Virus record (IMG/VR): IMGVR_UViG_3300045789_000880
Length of the DNA: 20,000 nucleotides
Source: an uncultured virus (IMG/VR IMGVR_UViG_3300045789_000880)
Lineage: Duplodnaviria > Heunggongvirae > Uroviricota > Caudoviricetes
Reading direction: 5' to 3' (one strand)
Positions 15,611 through 20,000 of the stretch are shown here, piece by piece. The notes beneath the pieces are model-generated. The model searched no databases. It was given only the letters and a program-made list of their open reading frames with translations, and was not told where the DNA came from. The position numbers were made by a program, and so were the translations under genes. Within the stretch, counting starts at the first letter, position 1. Each line of letters starts with the position of its first letter.

Positions 15611-15921
15611 ATCTCTTGTACACTTATATTGCCGATACAGTCACGGCAAGTCGTTAGTAATAATCCCATGCGATCTCTGGGATTGAGCTTCCAGTTTTTA
15701 TGAGCGATATCAAGTAGCCAGCCTTCGGGAATTAATCCATCAAAAAAAGGAAATAGGTATTCCGACTGAAACGTATTTTGCTGCAGTGGTAATGATAGTG
15801 ATATCGCTATAGCATTATCCTTTTTCAAATAACCCTTGTCATAGGAAAAAAAATAGCCTTCGTCTGTTTCTTTTAAGATACCAGCTTGTTCGTTATTTAT
15901 CCAGATTGCTCCTTGCCGCAT
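15607..15921 (-). CDS. hipS: Stand-alone HipA N-terminal (Couple_hipA) domain protein, HipS-like antitoxin, 104 aa
   Basis: AGIL, FSYD..YL, ISLSLPL, PFFDGLIPEGW, DCIGNISV; ATGA-coupled to the kinase. Confidence 0.85.
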   Translation of the reverse strand: MRQGAIWINNEQAGILKETDEGYFFSYDKGYLKKDNAIAISLSLPLQQNTFQSEYLFPFFDGLIPEGWLLDIAHKNWKLNPRDRMGLLLTTCRDCIGNISVQEI

Positions 15922-16135
15922 CGCTTATAGGTGTTGGGGTTAATGTATGACCAAAGAACTGTAATAACTGATTGACTTTATCTGTCATTACGTTTGGTTT
16001 ACCTTGTTCTAGTTCACGCAGGAAACGCAGGCCTATGCCTGTTAAATCTGCCAAATCTATTTGTGTATAGTTAGCCTCTTTTCGTCTGTTACGAACGAAA
16101 GTCGCTATTGCATTATTGCGGTCCCACTCTTTCAT
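15893..16135 (-). CDS. hipB: XRE HTH transcriptional regulator, HipB-like (y4mF type), 80 aa
   Basis: FVRNRRKEANYTQIDLADLTGIGLRFLRELEQGK is a classic XRE HTH; first gene of the operon. Confidence 0.88.
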   Translation of the reverse strand: MKEWDRNNAIATFVRNRRKEANYTQIDLADLTGIGLRFLRELEQGKPNVMTDKVNQLLQFFGHTLTPTPISDAARSNLDK

Positions 16136-16138
16136 GAT

Positions 16139-16237
16139 TATACCTTTATGGGTGCAATTTACTAATTATTATTTATATTACACCATAAAGGGTATAATTA
16201 ATATAAATTAATAAATAAATATACCTTATAAGGTATA
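16139..16237. promoter_or_regulatory. Three 18-bp palindromic operators, TATACC-N6-GGTATA, upstream of hipB
   Basis: 16139-16156 TATACCTTTATGGGTGCA; 16179-16196 TACACCATAAAGGGTATA; 16220-16237 TATACCTTATAAGGTATA (perfect palindrome); spacing 40 and 41 bp. Confidence 0.8.
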
Positions 16238-16260
16238 ATTAAGATATGGTTTCTAAGTAT

Positions 16261-17035
16261 GGTTCTGTCGCATCTAATGTAAGGAAAAATCAAATTTTTT
16301 ATATTTACAACAAAAAAGATGTTCAAAGGTCACTGTTTTCCTAAAGCAATCATATTACAAGCTGTTTACTTCAAATTAAGGTTTAGTCTTAGCTATAGAG
16401 ATTTAGAAGAACTTTTATCTATCAGAGGAGTCAAAGTTGATCATGCTACTATTCAACGCTGGGTATTCAAATTCACACCCCTTGTAGAACAACAATTCAG
16501 AAAGAGAAAAAAATTAGTTGGAAAAAGGTGGAGACTAGATGAAACCTATATTAAGGTAAAGGGTGAGTGGAGATATTTATACAGAGCAGTTGATAAAGAA
16601 GGGAATACTGTAGACTTTTTGTTAACTAAAAGAAGACAACGTATATCTGCACAAAAATTTTTAATCAAAGCCATAGAGAATAATGTTAATCCAGAACTTA
16701 TAAACATCGATAAGAGTGGGGCGAATAAAGCTGCGATAAAACTATACAATCGAAGAAATTATTCAAACATAAAAATACGGCAATGCAAATACCTCAATAA
16801 TATTGTAGAACAAGACCATCGAATGATAAAGTGGCGTATTATGCTAGGTCTAGGTTTTAAAGAATTTGAATCAGCGAAGAGAACCATATCAGGAATAGAA
16901 GTAGTTAGAATGATAAAGAAAAATCAACTGGTGAACCCTGAAAGTTCAACCTACAAATCATTTATATCATTAGCTTCTTAAAAAATTAAATTAGTTTAAA
17001 ACTTGATGCTTAATTTTAGCAGATGCGACAGAACC
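16261..17035 (+). mobile_element. IS6-family insertion sequence, 775 bp
   Basis: Perfect 15-bp terminal inverted repeats GGTTCTGTCGCATCT (16261-16275) and AGATGCGACAGAACC (17021-17035); no flanking direct repeat. Confidence 0.95.
16319..16981 (+). CDS. tnp: IS6-family DDE transposase, 220 aa
   Basis: FKGHCFP, LSYRDLEE, VDHATIQRWV, WRLDETYIKVKGEWRYLYRAVD, NIDKS, YLNNIVEQDHR. Confidence 0.96.
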   Translation: MFKGHCFPKAIILQAVYFKLRFSLSYRDLEELLSIRGVKVDHATIQRWVFKFTPLVEQQFRKRKKLVGKRWRLDETYIKVKGEWRYLYRAVDKEGNTVDFLLTKRRQRISAQKFLIKAIENNVNPELINIDKSGANKAAIKLYNRRNYSNIKIRQCKYLNNIVEQDHRMIKWRIMLGLGFKEFESAKRTISGIEVVRMIKKNQLVNPESSTYKSFISLAS

Positions 17036-17070
17036 AACAATAGCAGTATTATATATTTTTTTATTTCCAT
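17036..17070 (-). pseudogene. 5' stub (MEIKKYIILLL...) of a paralog of the 177-aa gene, truncated at the IS6 right end
   Basis: 17036-17075 matches 17664-17703 at 39/40 nt, including the ATG; identity stops exactly at the IS6 terminal repeat. Confidence 0.8.
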
Positions 17071-17164
17071 TTTATTTTTCTTAATAATTCGTGATTATTA
17101 ACGTCTTATTACAATTTCAATACCTGTGGTCTCATTATATTACTGTTAATTTGGTTCTGCTGTA

Positions 17165-17698
17165 TTATTCCCATGTAGGCACACCATCGCCTCCTATTGT
17201 TAAAACTTGACCAGCCGTGCCTCCAGAAGGCAAGGAAATATTATAAGGTGCTACTACCGTTCCAGATCCAGATATAGCTATACCTCTTTCAGCTTGTATA
17301 GCACTAGTTACTGGCACTAACCAGGCTCCAGTACCACTTCCATCAGAAGTCCAAACTTCTCCAATAGTTCCAGGTGTAGTAATTGCATTTTCAACCAAAT
17401 TAGCAGACAGTAGCCCATCTGCCAAATCTGCTAAATAGATATTGTAAGCCTGCACATCTAAACCAATTTCAATACCCAGATTTGTTCTTGCTGCAACAGC
17501 GCTTGATAAATTACTTAATATTATATCTGCTTTTAAATCTAAAGCGGATTGAGTTGTATCAGAAATTAGCTTATTTAAATCTGAGGTATTTTGCACGTTT
17601 TCTAAAAGTTGCTTCCCATATTTATTTACGACTTGTGCCGGCACCTGATTATATATTAGTACAAACAATAGCAGTATTATACATTTTTTTATTTCCAT
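17165..17698 (-). CDS. Secreted protein with tail-fibre-like motifs, 177 aa
   Basis: Sec signal peptide MEIKKCIILLLFVLIYNQVPA-Q; AARTNLG..IG.DVQAY and two GT.G[QE]V.T..G.G...W motifs. Confidence 0.7.
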   Translation of the reverse strand: MEIKKCIILLLFVLIYNQVPAQVVNKYGKQLLENVQNTSDLNKLISDTTQSALDLKADIILSNLSSAVAARTNLGIEIGLDVQAYNIYLADLADGLLSANLVENAITTPGTIGEVWTSDGSGTGAWLVPVTSAIQAERGIAISGSGTVVAPYNISLPSGGTAGQVLTIGGDGVPTWE

Positions 17699-17852
17699 TT
17701 TATATTTTTTAATACTTTGTTACTATTGATTTTCAATTGTTCTTGATACTGGTGGTGCTTCCTGTTTTTTTCTTTTTATTGATATCATTGCAATCTGTAT
17801 TTCAACTTTTTATAGCTCCTTATAAATTATTTTTATTAAGAGCATATTGCAA

Positions 17853-20000
17853 TTAATAATAGTAATCAAACTGAATTCTATCTCCAGCTAATAATGCATA
17901 CCCACCGTTGTTTGCAGGAACATAAGTTAACGTTGTTCCACTTACGCTGTATGCGGTATTACTAATCCGAATACCGTTAACATACATTTTAACCTTACTA
18001 TTTATAGAAGGCGGTTGTGTTAAAGTAAAACTTGTTAGAGATGCCGTAGCAGAAAACTCATCTGCTACTTCTCTAACGGCTGCAGCTCCTGTAGAAACAG
18101 AACCATCGGCCATTAAAAACTGAGTAGCTGTGCCACCAGATTTTACGAATCCGTTTGCGGTAAGTGTACCACTTGTTTTTACATCGGTAACATCTGTATT
18201 TCCTAGTTGAATTGTGTTGCTTGTGTCTACTACTGCTCCATAACCTAGGGAGCTTGCATTGGATAGATTATTTACTCCAACGTTAGCTTCTGTTCCAATT
18301 ATTGTATTATTGTTTCCTGAGATATTAGTGGACCCTGAGCTCTTACCAACGCCAATATTATTATTTCCTGTGGTGTTAATTAAAGATTGATTCCCTATTG
18401 AAGTATTTGAATTTCCTGTTCTTAGAGCCATCATGGACTCGGCACCTACAGATGTATTTCCTGAACCAGTGGTTAAACCAACCAAGTTTGCGTACCCTAT
18501 ACTTGTATTATTATCAAAGCTAGTTCCCACATAATTTTGCATGGCTGAATTTCCAATTGCTGTATTTCGCACACCTGTACTTACACCATTTAGTGCACCT
18601 GCACCAACCGCAAGGTTTTCTCCTCCAGTTGCATTCCCTTTTCCTATTTTTTGACCATTAAAAGTTGCATTAGAACTAAACGTTTTAACACCTGCAATGG
18701 TTTGGTTGGTGGTTAACTTTACAAAGTCATTACCTGATGTACTCACAGCATTAGTTACAAAAGAGGTTGTTGCGAGTTGCGTTGTACTTGTGCCTGCTGT
18801 CGCTGTTGGTGCTAGTGGTATACCCGTAAAAGTTGGTGACGCTATATTTGCTTTTAAATTTAATGCCGTTGTAGTGTTAGTCGCATTTGTATTAACCGTA
18901 GATGTTAAGGTGTTAAGATTTGTTTGTAATGTCGTTTCAACAGCATCCACATACGTTTTTACAGATTTCACCGTTGGAAACTTCACATCAGAAGCACCAT
19001 CCGTAGTGACATCTGTAGATTTGTTTGCTGCATCTTCTTTTAAAGCGATTGCTGTATTTTGAGCCGCTTGTTCTTCCGTAATTGTAGTTAAAGAACTTAT
19101 AGCTGGAAAACCTACAGCTCTAACCGCACGTACGTTTCTACTTGTATTTTTATTAAAAGGCTGCTCATGGCCATTGCCGAAAAACAATGCCCATGCACTG
19201 GAACCTGTTTCTGTAGAACTCCAATAGGATCCAGAACCCCCACTAAAATTAACACCTCCATTTGTCGTGGCGCTGTTATTAATAGTATTTCTGTTTAGGC
19301 TCATCTGTTTTAATTCATCTTTTGAGGGTAGAAACCAGTCGGTAAAACCACCTCCATTGTATGCTCTTGCTATGCCAGCAGCATAATTCGTTTCTGTAGC
19401 ACCTTGAATGGCTATGATGGCATCTGTGTTACTTGCACCAGTTTCTACGGCGGTTCCGGTTGCTCCAGTAGTTAAATATGAGCCGTTGTACCATTGTATG
19501 CCATTGCTTTGGTCTTCAATAGAACAAACTAGACCTTTTGAGTTATCCGCTGGGTCTACCCAAAACACAACACCTCCTCCAACAAAGTCACCTATAGTTA
19601 GCGTCTGAGCCGCTACACCATCAGTAATCACCGTATCAAAGGCTTCAGAAACAAACGCGGTTGTTGCCAATTGTGTTGTATTCGTTCCAGCTGTAGCAGT
19701 TGGTGCTAAAGGCGTACCTGTAAAGGTTGGCGAAGCGATATTTGCTTTTAAAGCAATACCTGCAGTGGTTGTTGTACTTAAGGTGTTGATATTGGTTTGC
19801 AACGTTGTTTCAGCCGTATCACTATCTGCCTCATTCTGGTTAACATCAGCTTGCAATGCTGCTAAAGCTGTAGCGCTTGTACCATTAGTTGCTGTAATCT
19901 CAGCATCGACATACGTTTTTACGGACTTCACGGTTGGAAACTTCACATCAGAGGCACCATCCGTAGTGACATCTGTAGATTTATTAGCTGTATCTTCTTT
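17853..20000 (-). CDS. 3' part of a large repetitive fibre/adhesin-like surface protein with an internal DUF1566 (Lcl C-terminal) domain; 5' end outside the window
   Basis: Frame stays open from 19946 to 20000 (KEDTANKSTDVTTDGASDV). It has two KANIASPTFTG.P.APTA.AGT.TTQLATT.FV tail-fibre motifs, DWFLPSKDEL...YWSSTE...VRAVRA, NTAIG/NTSVG beta-roll repeats and a C-terminal beta-rich domain ending IQFDYYY. Confidence 0.85.
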   Translation of the reverse strand, partial: KEDTANKSTDVTTDGASDVKFPTVKSVKTYVDAEITATNGTSATALAALQADVNQNEADSDTAETTLQTNINTLSTTTTAGIALKANIASPTFTGTPLAPTATAGTNTTQLATTAFVSEAFDTVITDGVAAQTLTIGDFVGGGVVFWVDPADNSKGLVCSIEDQSNGIQWYNGSYLTTGATGTAVETGASNTDAIIAIQGATETNYAAGIARAYNGGGFTDWFLPSKDELKQMSLNRNTINNSATTNGGVNFSGGSGSYWSSTETGSSAWALFFGNGHEQPFNKNTSRNVRAVRAVGFPAISSLTTITEEQAAQNTAIALKEDAANKSTDVTTDGASDVKFPTVKSVKTYVDAVETTLQTNLNTLTSTVNTNATNTTTALNLKANIASPTFTGIPLAPTATAGTSTTQLATTSFVTNAVSTSGNDFVKLTTNQTIAGVKTFSSNATFNGQKIGKGNATGGENLAVGAGALNGVSTGVRNTAIGNSAMQNYVGTSFDNNTSIGYANLVGLTTGSGNTSVGAESMMALRTGNSNTSIGNQSLINTTGNNNIGVGKSSGSTNISGNNNTIIGTEANVGVNNLSNASSLGYGAVVDTSNTIQLGNTDVTDVKTSGTLTANGFVKSGGTATQFLMADGSVSTGAAAVREVADEFSATASLTSFTLTQPPSINSKVKMYVNGIRISNTAYSVSGTTLTYVPANNGGYALLAGDRIQFDYYY
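18941..20000 (+). repeat. 100-bp intragenic direct repeat (18941-19040 versus 19901-20000), 960 bp apart
   Basis: 92/100 identical by manual count, mismatches mostly synonymous; encodes KEDxANKSTDVTTDGASDVKFPTVKSVKTYVDA. Confidence 0.9.

Noticed and set aside
17153..17162. GGTTCTGCTG resembling an IS6 end
   Set aside because: Only 7 bp match the terminal repeat, with no partner or transposase remnant.
19112..19230. Diversity-generating retroelement
   Set aside because: A CLec-type candidate variable region is present, but I found no template repeat or reverse transcriptase in the window, and the domain is internal rather than C-terminal.
531..19608. Short overlapping or antisense ORFs in the track (e.g. 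531-869, 2738-3043, 4843-5292, 7841-8032, 11543-11818, 12062-12334, 12754-12945, 18697-19062)
   Set aside because: They overlap well-supported genes, mostly antisense, and show no recognisable motifs; treated as shadow ORFs.
19944..19946. Track start of the 697-aa ORF
   Set aside because: The GTG is an internal Val of a repeat; the frame is open to the window edge.

Overview
AT-rich, Bacteroidota (Flavobacteriaceae-like) accessory DNA in three parts. (1) 1-~14484 is the right end of a large integrated element. It has a phage-like control module (divergent Cro-like and CI-like HTH genes, a winged-HTH replication-initiator-like gene) and a large serine recombinase whose 3' end reads through a tRNA 3'-end-like att fragment. 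Its leftward 'polyvalent protein'-type cargo is a 914-aa N6/N4 DNA methyltransferase, a 141-aa protein and a 1419-aa strawberry-notch SF2 helicase with a DarA C-terminal-like domain; a degenerate GT-B glycosyltransferase sits at the end of the replication operon. (2) 14663-16237 is a tripartite HipB/HipS/HipT-like toxin-antitoxin operon with three 18-bp palindromic operators. (3) 16261-20000 is a complete IS6 element without target duplication that truncated a paralogous secreted-protein gene, followed by tail-fibre-like adhesin genes, one with an internal DUF1566 (C-type lectin fold) domain. Three short ORFs missing from the ORF track, several DNA-level repeats and a candidate RNA hairpin were also found. 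All family calls are by motif recognition; no database search was run.
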